Shown here in pieces: positions 8,335 through 16,156 of a stretch of DNA of 32,000 nt; within the stretch, counting starts at the first letter, position 1; every line of letters starts with the position of its first letter. Below the pieces are notes generated by a model that did no database searches, was not told where the DNA came from, and saw only the letters and a program-made list of their open reading frames with translations. The DNA is from Sedimentisphaera cyanobacteriorum. Its GTDB lineage: Bacteria; Planctomycetota; Phycisphaerae; Sedimentisphaerales; Sedimentisphaeraceae. The position numbers and the translations under genes are program-made. The stretch lies in assembly GCF_001997385.1 (NCBI RefSeq), contig NZ_CP019633.1, positions 1,740,001 to 1,772,000 of the forward strand, read 5' to 3'.

Positions 8335-8350
8335 TGCAATCGATGTGCCA
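8335..8350 (-). promoter_or_regulatory. sigma54 (-24/-12) promoter for the OMP gene
   Basis: The reverse strand reads TTGGCACATCGATTGCAT, that is TGGCAC-N5-TTGC with GG-N10-GC spacing. This matches the consensus YTGGCACG-N4-TTGCW at all core positions. The -12 element lies ~50 nt upstream of the ATG at 8282. Confidence 0.75.
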
Positions 8351-8470
8351 AAAGGTGAAACTATTTTGATGATTTTGCCATAAAGCATTTCAAAAAAAGG
8401 GCTTAAGAAAAAAAAGCACAAAAAAACGATGAATAATTTAACTACAAATATGTATCTGTTTTAAGAAGCT

Positions 8471-8486
8471 TATACAATATTGTATA
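8471..8486. promoter_or_regulatory. perfect 16-bp palindrome, candidate enhancer (UAS) or operator site
   Basis: TATACAATATTGTATA is exactly self-complementary and has AAGCTT on both sides. It lies ~120-135 bp upstream of the sigma54 -24 element and ~190 bp upstream of the divergent pseudopilin gene. Confidence 0.45.
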
Positions 8487-8677
8487 GACAAAGCTTGGGT
8501 ATACATTTCTTCCGCTCGAACTGAAAGAGAAAAAAAAGCGAAGCTAAGTATGTTTTTTTAAGAAAACGAAAATTTAATTTAAAAAGTGAAAATTTTTTTA
8601 CAGTTTTTTTTAAGAAAAATCATATACCTTAGGATATTAAACTTTGAAAGCAGTATAACTTAAATTCAGGAGTACAA

Positions 8678-9529
8678 ATGAAAAGCAGAGGATTTACTTT
8701 AATCGAACTTCTTGTAGTGATATCGATCATTGCCCTGTTGATGGCGATATTGATGCCGGCATTGAGCAAGGCAAGGGAGCAGGCCAAGAACGTTCTTTGC
8801 AAGAGCAACCAGAGGCAGCTTGTTACGGCTTTGATTACTTACGTTGGAGACAACGACGGCCAGCCGCTTATATCCGAAGGCGGGTCTGAGTTCTGGTTCA
8901 ATCAGATTGCCCCTTACCTCGGAGATGACAACTACCAGTATGACCCTCAGTCGAATCTAAAAGGGGCGATGGCTGTTATGATGTGCCCAAGCTGCAAGCC
9001 GCCGATGGAAGAGGACCCTACAGTATATTACAACCCCGTGATAACGGATAAATACCAGAAATCTGGCGTCCACAACTGGCGTTATCACGTGTACAGCGAA
9101 GGAAGCTCACACAACACTACAGGCTCTAAAAATGAAGGCTCCTATACTATGAATACTTGGATTGGAGGCTGGAGAAGCAGCAGTATGGAAGAAGGTAAGC
9201 CAAATTACCGAAAGTCGTTCAGAGATGCCTTTGTGCAGAGAGAAGATGTGCCGGCGTTCTCAGACGGGGCTTGGGTTGATGCTGGCCCTATGTACGATGA
9301 GACCACAAAAAACCAACCCCCGAATGAATTTAACAGTCTGGGAGCACCGCTGGGCGGCAGCATGGGCGGTATGCAGCGTGTATGCCTCGACAGGCACGAT
9401 ATGGGCGTGAACGTTGCATTCACCGACGGGCACGTTGACAGAGTGGAACTGGCTGAGCTATGGACACTGAAATGGAATAAGCTCTTCCAGAAACAGTACG
9501 ACATAACAATGCCTAAAAGCTCAAGGTGA
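8678..9529 (+). CDS. prepilin-type N-terminal cleavage/methylation domain protein (type II secretion pseudopilin-like, H-X9-DG family)
   Basis: The N-terminus [29 protein letters not shown] is the class-III signal ([10 protein letters not shown]). The C-terminal segment [15 protein letters not shown] is the H-X9-DG motif typical of the large planctomycete DUF1559-type paralogue family. AGGAG lies 6 nt upstream of the ATG. Confidence 0.88.
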   Translation: MKSRGFTLIELLVVISIIALLMAILMPALSKAREQAKNVLCKSNQRQLVTALITYVGDNDGQPLISEGGSEFWFNQIAPYLGDDNYQYDPQSNLKGAMAVMMCPSCKPPMEEDPTVYYNPVITDKYQKSGVHNWRYHVYSEGSSHNTTGSKNEGSYTMNTWIGGWRSSSMEEGKPNYRKSFRDAFVQREDVPAFSDGAWVDAGPMYDETTKNQPPNEFNSLGAPLGGSMGGMQRVCLDRHDMGVNVAFTDGHVDRVELAELWTLKWNKLFQKQYDITMPKSSR

Positions 9530-9571
9530 TAGCGAAAAGATTAGAGCAGAGATTCTCAAAAAAAATCAATT

Positions 9572-9606
9572 AAGAGGCGGATTACCCACCGCCTCTTTTC
9601 TTTTTA
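9572..9606 (+). terminator. rho-independent terminator of the pseudopilin gene
   Basis: AAGAGGCGG (9572-9580) pairs with CCGCCTCTT (9589-9597) across the loop ATTACCCA. TTCTTTTT follows. Confidence 0.75.
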
Positions 9607-9654
9607 AGCCGCTTCCCCTCCCTAAACTCATTAAATACATATTCTCATATTAGG

Positions 9655-9727
9655 CTTCGCGGTAAAACAAAAATTAAAATCTGTGAAAATTAGATGTATA
9701 TTTTGCCCAAGCCTAAGCGGATAGATT
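9655..9727. repeat. dispersed repeat modules (locus B)
   Basis: CTTCGCGGTAAAACAAAAATTAAAATCTGTG (9655-9685) matches 21440-21470 at 27 of 31 positions. GTGAAAATTAG (9683-9693) is identical to 7368-7378. AAGCGGATAGATT (9715-9727) is identical to the reverse complement of 21207-21219. Confidence 0.7.
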
Positions 9728-9731
9728 GTTT

Positions 9732-11219
9732 TCAGTAGCTCAGTTTCATCAGCGGGTCGCCAACAAGCAGAACTGTCCATGAATTCTGCGGTTTGCTGTA
9801 GTAAAACGCCTCCACAAGGGTTTTTCCGTCCAGAAGAGCGCCGGCGAACAGCTCCGGCCTGGGCATAGCAGTAAGCACAGGCTCGGCTGCCGATCCAATC
9901 ACCGCATCTGCTCCGTTTTTCAGCAGATTCGGGCACCACGTCCGGCTTTTCCTGCTTCGAAGCTCGCTCGCCCCGAAGCTGGTGATATGATATGCGATAG
10001 ACCCTGGGATAAAATTGAGCCTGCAATTATAATTTCCCGGGCTGTACCAGCCTGCGTAGAACATACATTCGGCATTAGAATCCGTTAGGCTCGCAGTTTC
10101 TTCAATAAGCGTTGAGCAGCCGTGTTTTCTGAATATTTCAGCGGCCTTTTCAATGTATGAATCGTATTGCACATAGGCATCAGCAAGGCCTGCCTTCTCA
10201 GCGTTCTGCAAATCGAAAACGCACTTCTCTCCGGGATAATACATTCTTTGGGCGGAGTTGCTTATGATTCTCTTAATGATCGTCTCACCCGGCCCGTCAA
10301 GACGGCATACCATCAACGTCTTTGCGTTTTGATTATCTAAAGCCTGGATATTCTGGAAAAATTCGTTCTCCGCGGAGCCGTGAATTCTATAACTTCTGAA
10401 GTTCAGCATTGAAAGTTCGCTGTCAAGAGCTGCCTGTGTTTTGATGCCTTTAATCTGCTCTATATCGTCCCTGCACGCCTTGTATGCCTCGAGTTTGCCG
10501 TAAAGCCTCTCGGCGGTCTCATAATACCCTCGCCGCAGCTTTTCTGAATAGCTGGAATGCTTGGGGCTGAGCTGTTCGTAGATTTCGCTGTCTGAAAATG
10601 CGGACTGGATGTTGGGCGAGTAAAATTTAATCCCGAATTCTTCCCTTGCCATTTTTCTGGAAAGCCGGCTGCCGTATAAAGGCCTTACCTTGTTCATAAA
10701 TTCCAGCTGAAAGGCTCTGTCTTTACGGGCAGCATCTTCTAATTCTTTGTACAGAAAAGAGTTTACAGCCATTAGGAATGGTTTCGAATCGCTCAGTGCA
10801 GCATCCGAAAGCTCGGATAAAACGTCTTGAATCTCGGCCTCAAGCCTCTTACGCAACTTTTGAAGTTTCTCGAGATAGGGTTTGTTTTTCTCCGCTGTGT
10901 CCCAAGGCCTGATCTTGTAAGGTACGCCGTAAACTGTTACAAGGCAGCGAATCCCGCTGATATCGCTTAAAGCAGCTTTGACAGGCGTTTTTACATCGCT
11001 GATATATTTCTTTCTGGAAATGGATTTGCCTGCATCCGCCCCTAAGCTCAGCTGAATGATATTATCCTCGGGAAGGCTGCGTGTTTGTGCGTAAAAATGG
11101 GCGATGCTCAGAGATTCAGGCGCATCAATATTGCACACAACAGCAATTTCCTCCGGTGCGAGCTCGCAGCAGGAGATCTCAGCAGCAAACAGAAGGATGA
11201 GAAATGCAAGTGCTTTCAT
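9732..11219 (-). CDS. secreted TIGR03790-like protein, function unknown
   Basis: 495-aa ORF with a signal peptide (MKALAFLILLFAAEISC). The N-terminal segment EEIAVVCNIDAPESLSIAHFYAQTRSLPEDNIIQL and the C-terminal segment GSAAEP...GKTLVEAFYYSKPQNSWTVLLVGDPL match my recollection of the TIGR03790 family found in Planctomycetes, Verrucomicrobia and Acidobacteria. The family label is from memory only. Confidence 0.6.
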   Translation of the reverse strand: MKALAFLILLFAAEISCCELAPEEIAVVCNIDAPESLSIAHFYAQTRSLPEDNIIQLSLGADAGKSISRKKYISDVKTPVKAALSDISGIRCLVTVYGVPYKIRPWDTAEKNKPYLEKLQKLRKRLEAEIQDVLSELSDAALSDSKPFLMAVNSFLYKELEDAARKDRAFQLEFMNKVRPLYGSRLSRKMAREEFGIKFYSPNIQSAFSDSEIYEQLSPKHSSYSEKLRRGYYETAERLYGKLEAYKACRDDIEQIKGIKTQAALDSELSMLNFRSYRIHGSAENEFFQNIQALDNQNAKTLMVCRLDGPGETIIKRIISNSAQRMYYPGEKCVFDLQNAEKAGLADAYVQYDSYIEKAAEIFRKHGCSTLIEETASLTDSNAECMFYAGWYSPGNYNCRLNFIPGSIAYHITSFGASELRSRKSRTWCPNLLKNGADAVIGSAAEPVLTAMPRPELFAGALLDGKTLVEAFYYSKPQNSWTVLLVGDPLMKLSY

Positions 11220-11239
11220 ATCAAAATCACCGTTTGCTT

Positions 11240-12658
11240 TCAGCTTGAATCATTCGCAGGAGTTTCGTCCATCTCAATGTATTTCTTGGCGGTTCTCCTG
11301 TCTAAGTCTGCTGTCCTTGCCACCTTTTCATAAGAACCGTATTCTTCGTACAGCATTTTGCAGTAGTCCGAGAGAAGCTCTGACGCAGTTGGGCGGGAGC
11401 TGAGCAGCTCTTTATTCAGGTCTGGCCTGCAATCACAAAATTGCTCATCTCGTCCGGAAATAATGAAGGATTTGACCAGAGAGGTTAGCTCCATTTCATT
11501 CATAGGCCAATTCTGCCTTGAGCGTGCGCTTTTGATGATCTGTTCGGTTAGTTTTTCAGATATCTCATCACTTCTGACTGCCAAGAATTCACGGAGAATA
11601 TTTGAAACGATAATTGCGATATTATCGCTGCTGTCATCGATTCTGCGTTTCAGAGAGGGCAGGCGGATTATCTTAGCGAAGCAGTTTTTTAGCCCCGCTG
11701 AAATCTCGCTTCCCTCCTGCATACCTGCAAATATTCTGGTTTCAAGGGTGTTTTGTTTAGTATCGCCTGCGGGGCAGTAAAACCGCTTGTCTAAAGCGAT
11801 ACGGAGCTTTTCTGAGAGCCTCGGCGAAAGATTCTCTAAGCCTTCAATAAAGGCAATCCCCCCTGAAACGGGCTTATCCAAAACGCCTTTAGCCGCAGAA
11901 TCTGCCCAGAAAAACGCACCTTTCGCTCTCCCGAAAATCAGGGATTCGGCTTCGTCTTCTCGGCAGCCTGAAATATCCGCAAAGGCATAAAGCTTTTGGA
12001 AGTCTGTTTTGAAGCTCTGTTTCTTTTCGTTGAATCCGATGAAACTGCTCATCGCAGATGATTTGGCGGCTCTGTTTCTCAGGCACCCGGGCTGACTGAT
12101 TATCAGCGAAGGAAAATGCTCGGGGCTTTCTGCAAAGAAATTGATGTAATTTTCAAAATTGCTTGAAAACACAGAATCCCAAAGCTGTTTCCTGAAATCC
12201 TCAGCGCTTTGCCCGATGCCCCAGATTGAATCTTCTACAGAGAGCCTTGCCCTTTGAATCTGGAAGAATGCGGAAAAAAGACGATTGGCGTTTTTTCGCT
12301 CAAAGCCGTGTTTCTCAAGGCTTAGAAGAGCCTCTGCTCCGAATTCAATCTTTAGCGGGGATTCAGCCTTGAAAGCCTCAGCAGCCTTAGAGTACAGTTT
12401 GCCGGCAAAACGCAGATATGACGAGCTGATAAAAAGCTTCTCTGCTATCCCCTTCTCCTGAGCAGGGAAGTCTTGAATCAGTTCAAGCCCGCTTTCCTCC
12501 AAACGCTTAATAATCCCGAGCAGCCTTTCATTGAGCTGGTCTGGGGAAAAACCTTCGGGGCAGGCAGGATTTCGTTTTTCAGCGGCAAACGGATTGGCAA
12601 ACACGCTGTCGAAAGCGGATGAAATGAAACTAAGCTCATTTTTTGTAAGAGTTTCCAT
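11240..12658 (-). CDS. degenerate sigma54-activator (AAA+ EBP) homologue with C-terminal HTH, predicted ATPase-inactive
   Basis: 472-aa ORF. Its central region aligns block by block with the bona fide EBP at 18145-19536, but the catalytic residues are replaced:
- Walker A GESGTGK becomes SQPGCLR.
- GAFTGA becomes GAFFWA.
- Walker B LFLDEI becomes AFIEGL.
- SATN becomes AGMQ.
- WPGNIREL becomes WPMNEMEL.
The C-terminal YEKVARTADLDRRTAKKYI is Fis-type HTH-like. Confidence 0.7.
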   Translation of the reverse strand: METLTKNELSFISSAFDSVFANPFAAEKRNPACPEGFSPDQLNERLLGIIKRLEESGLELIQDFPAQEKGIAEKLFISSSYLRFAGKLYSKAAEAFKAESPLKIEFGAEALLSLEKHGFERKNANRLFSAFFQIQRARLSVEDSIWGIGQSAEDFRKQLWDSVFSSNFENYINFFAESPEHFPSLIISQPGCLRNRAAKSSAMSSFIGFNEKKQSFKTDFQKLYAFADISGCREDEAESLIFGRAKGAFFWADSAAKGVLDKPVSGGIAFIEGLENLSPRLSEKLRIALDKRFYCPAGDTKQNTLETRIFAGMQEGSEISAGLKNCFAKIIRLPSLKRRIDDSSDNIAIIVSNILREFLAVRSDEISEKLTEQIIKSARSRQNWPMNEMELTSLVKSFIISGRDEQFCDCRPDLNKELLSSRPTASELLSDYCKMLYEEYGSYEKVARTADLDRRTAKKYIEMDETPANDSS

Positions 12659-12664
12659 ACATTT

Positions 12665-12693
12665 ATTGTACAGCTTTTAGAGGGGAATGTCAA
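12665..12693 (-). promoter_or_regulatory. near-consensus sigma70 promoter, apparently leaderless transcript
   Basis: On the reverse strand: TTGACA (12693-12688), 17-nt spacer, TACAAT (12670-12665). Only 6 nt (AAATGT) separate the -10 from the ATG at 12658, and there is no SD sequence. Confidence 0.6.
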
Positions 12694-12784
12694 ACAGTTT
12701 GAACACACGCAGAGCTGCTCACGAATCGGGTTTTGGAGCTCTTCACAAATATAAAATATTAACTGAAAAACAATCTTCTTTTCG

Positions 12785-15130
12785 TTAGGGAATTTCCATA
12801 AACAACACATCTCTGGATTTAAGCGTTATATTTTCAGGATTTACCTTTACGCCTTCAATAATCTCTTTTGCAGAAGCTGGAGTTTTCCCTTTTCTCTTTA
12901 GTGAAACGCCCTTGGCTTGTTTGGTTAGATTCATCAAAAGAACATAGCTCTTGTTATCCGACTGAACTGACCTGCATAAAACACCCCATAAAGACCCATT
13001 CCCGGACGGCTCAACATTAAACTCTGAAGAGATTTCCCACTTTTTCATCAGATATACCATCGCAGGAGCCAGTTTTTTCGGACTCTTCAAATCAAAGCTC
13101 CGGCATCGCTTTATAAAAGCGTAATCTTTCAAACTGCGTTTTTTGCCCCGTTTATTGAACTTAAAGGTATCATCGCCAAGATTTACAACCTCACCGCCTC
13201 TGTCGATAAATTTCTTCACCGCTGCGACAGTTTCATCCTCAACATACCCTGTGTTAGCGGCAATTAAACACTCACAGTCTGACAGCGCATTTTCCTGAAG
13301 CATCTTCTCAGTTACAAAGCCTATTGGCAGGCCGGAAAAATACAAAGATTCATAAGCTATTATCGCTGCATCGCAGGATACAGTGTCTTGAATAGCCGAA
13401 GCATTCGAATAAAGAATTCTTACAGGCCTTTTCTGCTCAGAAAAGAGGTGAACCTTGTCTGCATAGCTGTTCAGCCGGAGCATATTTTGCAGGTATGAAT
13501 ACAGGAGTCTTGGCTGGGTGGTTATGTTTGCATAGAAAGACCCCTGCCAGCCGCCTCTCGCTGAAACGCCCTTACGTCCCCAGTACCAAGTTATATTCGC
13601 TCCCATCCCGTGCATATGAGCAAGCCAGAGAGAAAGCTTCATATGCTCGGGCGAGATGCGCTGATTGCGGTATTTTATTGTCTGCACGCTGTGCCATTCA
13701 GAATCGTAAAGGAGCTTATCGGGCTGGAGAGATTTCATAAAATCGAAACACATCGACTGAGCCCGCCAGTTAAGTGCATACTCGCTCGGGTCGGAATAGG
13801 GATGGGGAAGGATCATATTTCCGCCGTCGGTGATTCTGGTGTCGCAGCCGTTCACTTCCATAATCTCCATCACGGCCTCCCTGTCCAGCCCTTTATGCCT
13901 TGCGGGAATTATGCCCTCTTTTCCGATAGACCAAGGCCCGCCGCTGCCTATGAGGACGTTGTGATTTATGAATTTCACGTGGCATTTTGCTTGAGGGTCG
14001 TGCTGTTTTATTTCATCGTGCATAAATCGGAAAAAATCAGTACAGCGAATCTGGTTATAACGGCACCAGTCGTACCAGGCAGCTTTGTTTTCAGGCGTTC
14101 TCTGAAAGCTTTGAATCTCGGAAAAAGAAGCAAAGTCTTTCCCCCATGAGCTGTTCAGATTGGAAATATCTTTGTAAATATCTTTAAGCCAGCTTCTGTA
14201 GCCGGCGATGGTATATCTTGAAGGCAGCTGAACATTTTCATCCGTCCATTTCGTCTTTGCAGTAAGCCAGGATGGTTCATTCATAATATCGTATAATTTA
14301 ATATTTTCAGAATCTGCCGTGATACCAACAACTTTGGAAAGCGTTTTTTTCCAAAGGCCTCTTGCGAGCGGATGGTCTATATCGTAGCCTACTCCGTGGC
14401 CAAATTCTCCTGCAATCTCCGGATTGCTTTCTTTTGCCTTTTCAGGGACACCGTGATGGCCGATAAGAACATCGCCCATAAGCCCGAAAGATTTAAGCTG
14501 ATTAAGCCCCTTTGCAAACTTTTCCCTGATTGATTCATTCCGCCCCTGCTTTTCCGTACCCATACAGTCTAAGTAGAGAGTGGCAAGAGTTTCAAAATTA
14601 TTGTGTTTCCAGTGGTCTTGAAGCACATTAAATCCGTAGGGATAAACCACTCTTCCTTTATATTTAACCCACCCGTCCTTAATTTCGGCTTTTGCAGGAT
14701 TAAACTCCTTCATCCCTCTTCGATTCCAGAGATTATCTTTTTTATTCTTGGATTTTTCCCAGACTTCATCCAGCAGTTTGATGGTTTCTCTGAGCTCAAA
14801 TTCTGCAAGCCCTTCAGCCTTTTTAGCGGGGTCAAAATTTTTCGGCCCTTTTTTCCATTCGGAAAGAATATCCCTGAGTTTTTCTTTATTATTATAATCC
14901 CACTGGGCAAATTCGAGAAAGGCCTTTGCAACTGAAACACTAACAGATTCACAGCCTGTTTCAAGGCCGTGTTCGTCTGCTTTTTTCAAGAAATTTTCAA
15001 GGCGGTCGAGCTTAGCCTCAGCTTCTTTCCGCAAAGCCCGGTAATCATCTGAGCCATTAACATTACACGCAAGAATAAAAACAAGAAAAACGCATATAAG
15101 CCGAAGCTCGGCAGAAATACTAGCAAACAT
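12785..15130 (-). CDS. secreted glycoside hydrolase, GH42-like (beta-galactosidase-type TIM barrel plus trimerisation-like domain)
   Basis: 781-aa ORF with a signal peptide (LICVFLVFILACNVNG). It contains YDIMNEPSW (a NEP acid/base-type motif), YRSWLKDIYKDISNLNSSWGKDFASF (similar to the GH42 F..WL...Y.tidaLN.aWgt.FWs block) and CLIAANTGYVEDETVAAVKKFIDRGGEVV (similar to the GH42 trimerisation domain). The family assignment is approximate. Confidence 0.6.
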   Translation of the reverse strand: MFASISAELRLICVFLVFILACNVNGSDDYRALRKEAEAKLDRLENFLKKADEHGLETGCESVSVSVAKAFLEFAQWDYNNKEKLRDILSEWKKGPKNFDPAKKAEGLAEFELRETIKLLDEVWEKSKNKKDNLWNRRGMKEFNPAKAEIKDGWVKYKGRVVYPYGFNVLQDHWKHNNFETLATLYLDCMGTEKQGRNESIREKFAKGLNQLKSFGLMGDVLIGHHGVPEKAKESNPEIAGEFGHGVGYDIDHPLARGLWKKTLSKVVGITADSENIKLYDIMNEPSWLTAKTKWTDENVQLPSRYTIAGYRSWLKDIYKDISNLNSSWGKDFASFSEIQSFQRTPENKAAWYDWCRYNQIRCTDFFRFMHDEIKQHDPQAKCHVKFINHNVLIGSGGPWSIGKEGIIPARHKGLDREAVMEIMEVNGCDTRITDGGNMILPHPYSDPSEYALNWRAQSMCFDFMKSLQPDKLLYDSEWHSVQTIKYRNQRISPEHMKLSLWLAHMHGMGANITWYWGRKGVSARGGWQGSFYANITTQPRLLYSYLQNMLRLNSYADKVHLFSEQKRPVRILYSNASAIQDTVSCDAAIIAYESLYFSGLPIGFVTEKMLQENALSDCECLIAANTGYVEDETVAAVKKFIDRGGEVVNLGDDTFKFNKRGKKRSLKDYAFIKRCRSFDLKSPKKLAPAMVYLMKKWEISSEFNVEPSGNGSLWGVLCRSVQSDNKSYVLLMNLTKQAKGVSLKRKGKTPASAKEIIEGVKVNPENITLKSRDVLFMEIP

Positions 15131-15156
15131 TTTGGCCTTCCTAAAAAAGCAATAGA

Positions 15157-16113
15157 TTAATTACCTGCCAAGTAATGACGCCTCGCCACAGCAGCAGCTC
15201 CTATCATCCCGGATTCTGTTCCGAGTGTTGAGAAGGCGAGGTCTGTTTCGCCTTTTCTGCTTGGCCAGCAGTATTTATCGAAGTAGAATTTGATTTTATC
15301 GAGCAGGAAATCGCCCGCTTTAATCATTCCGCCTGCAAAGATCACCCTCTCGGGGTTTGTTGTGTTTTGCACATTTACAGCCAAGAGAGCGAGCACCTTT
15401 GCGGTTTCCTCTACAACGCTGAGTGCGAGCCTGTCGCCTTTTTGAGCCTCTTGAAATACAGCCTCGCTTGTTATCTGGTCGTACTCTGAAAGCGAGCTGG
15501 CTGCCCCGGACTTAACGTATTCCTCCGCCCGGGCAGCTGTGTTTGATGCGGAGGCATACGCCTCAGCGCAGCCCCTCTGCCCGCAGCCGCAGAGCCTGCC
15601 GTCGGGATAAATAATTATATGGCCAACCTCAGCAGCGCTTTCTTTGAATCCGTGCAGGAGATGGCCGTCGCAGACAAGCCCTCCGCCCACGCCTGTGCCG
15701 AGGGTTACGAAGGCTATATCTTCGCTCTGCTCGCCCTTGCCGCATTCGTATTCCGCCCAGCAGGCAGCGTTGGCATCGTTTTCAATAACGACCCTGCGTC
15801 CGAGCTTTTTACTGCAGATATCCCGTACAGGGCAGTTTTCAAATCCGGGCAGATTAGGCGGATTTATCAGTATCCCTTCGCTCAGGTTGGCAGGCCCTGG
15901 AAGCCCCATACCTGCTATGCAGATATCTTCAAGAGGAAAGCCGTTTTCTGAGGCAAGCCTGTTATGCTCAGCTGCAACTCTGTCAAAAACATTTTCCGGC
16001 CCCATTTCGGGCTTTGTTTGTATAGAGCTCTTGCAGAGGAGCCTGAAATTATCATCAATGAAACCAACCTTCACGTTGGTCCCGCCTAAATCTATTCCCG
16101 AATATACTCTCAT
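15157..16113 (-). CDS. ROK-family sugar kinase (glucokinase-like)
   Basis: 318-aa ORF with GIDLGGTNVKVG, ENDANAACWAE, GTGVGGG and the ROK zinc motif GHIIIYPDGRLCGCGQRGCAEAYAS. Confidence 0.88.
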   Translation of the reverse strand: MRVYSGIDLGGTNVKVGFIDDNFRLLCKSSIQTKPEMGPENVFDRVAAEHNRLASENGFPLEDICIAGMGLPGPANLSEGILINPPNLPGFENCPVRDICSKKLGRRVVIENDANAACWAEYECGKGEQSEDIAFVTLGTGVGGGLVCDGHLLHGFKESAAEVGHIIIYPDGRLCGCGQRGCAEAYASASNTAARAEEYVKSGAASSLSEYDQITSEAVFQEAQKGDRLALSVVEETAKVLALLAVNVQNTTNPERVIFAGGMIKAGDFLLDKIKFYFDKYCWPSRKGETDLAFSTLGTESGMIGAAAVARRHYLAGN

Positions 16114-16156
16114 ATATAAATTTCCAGATTAAAGTATTTGTTAGTATTATTCTGCG

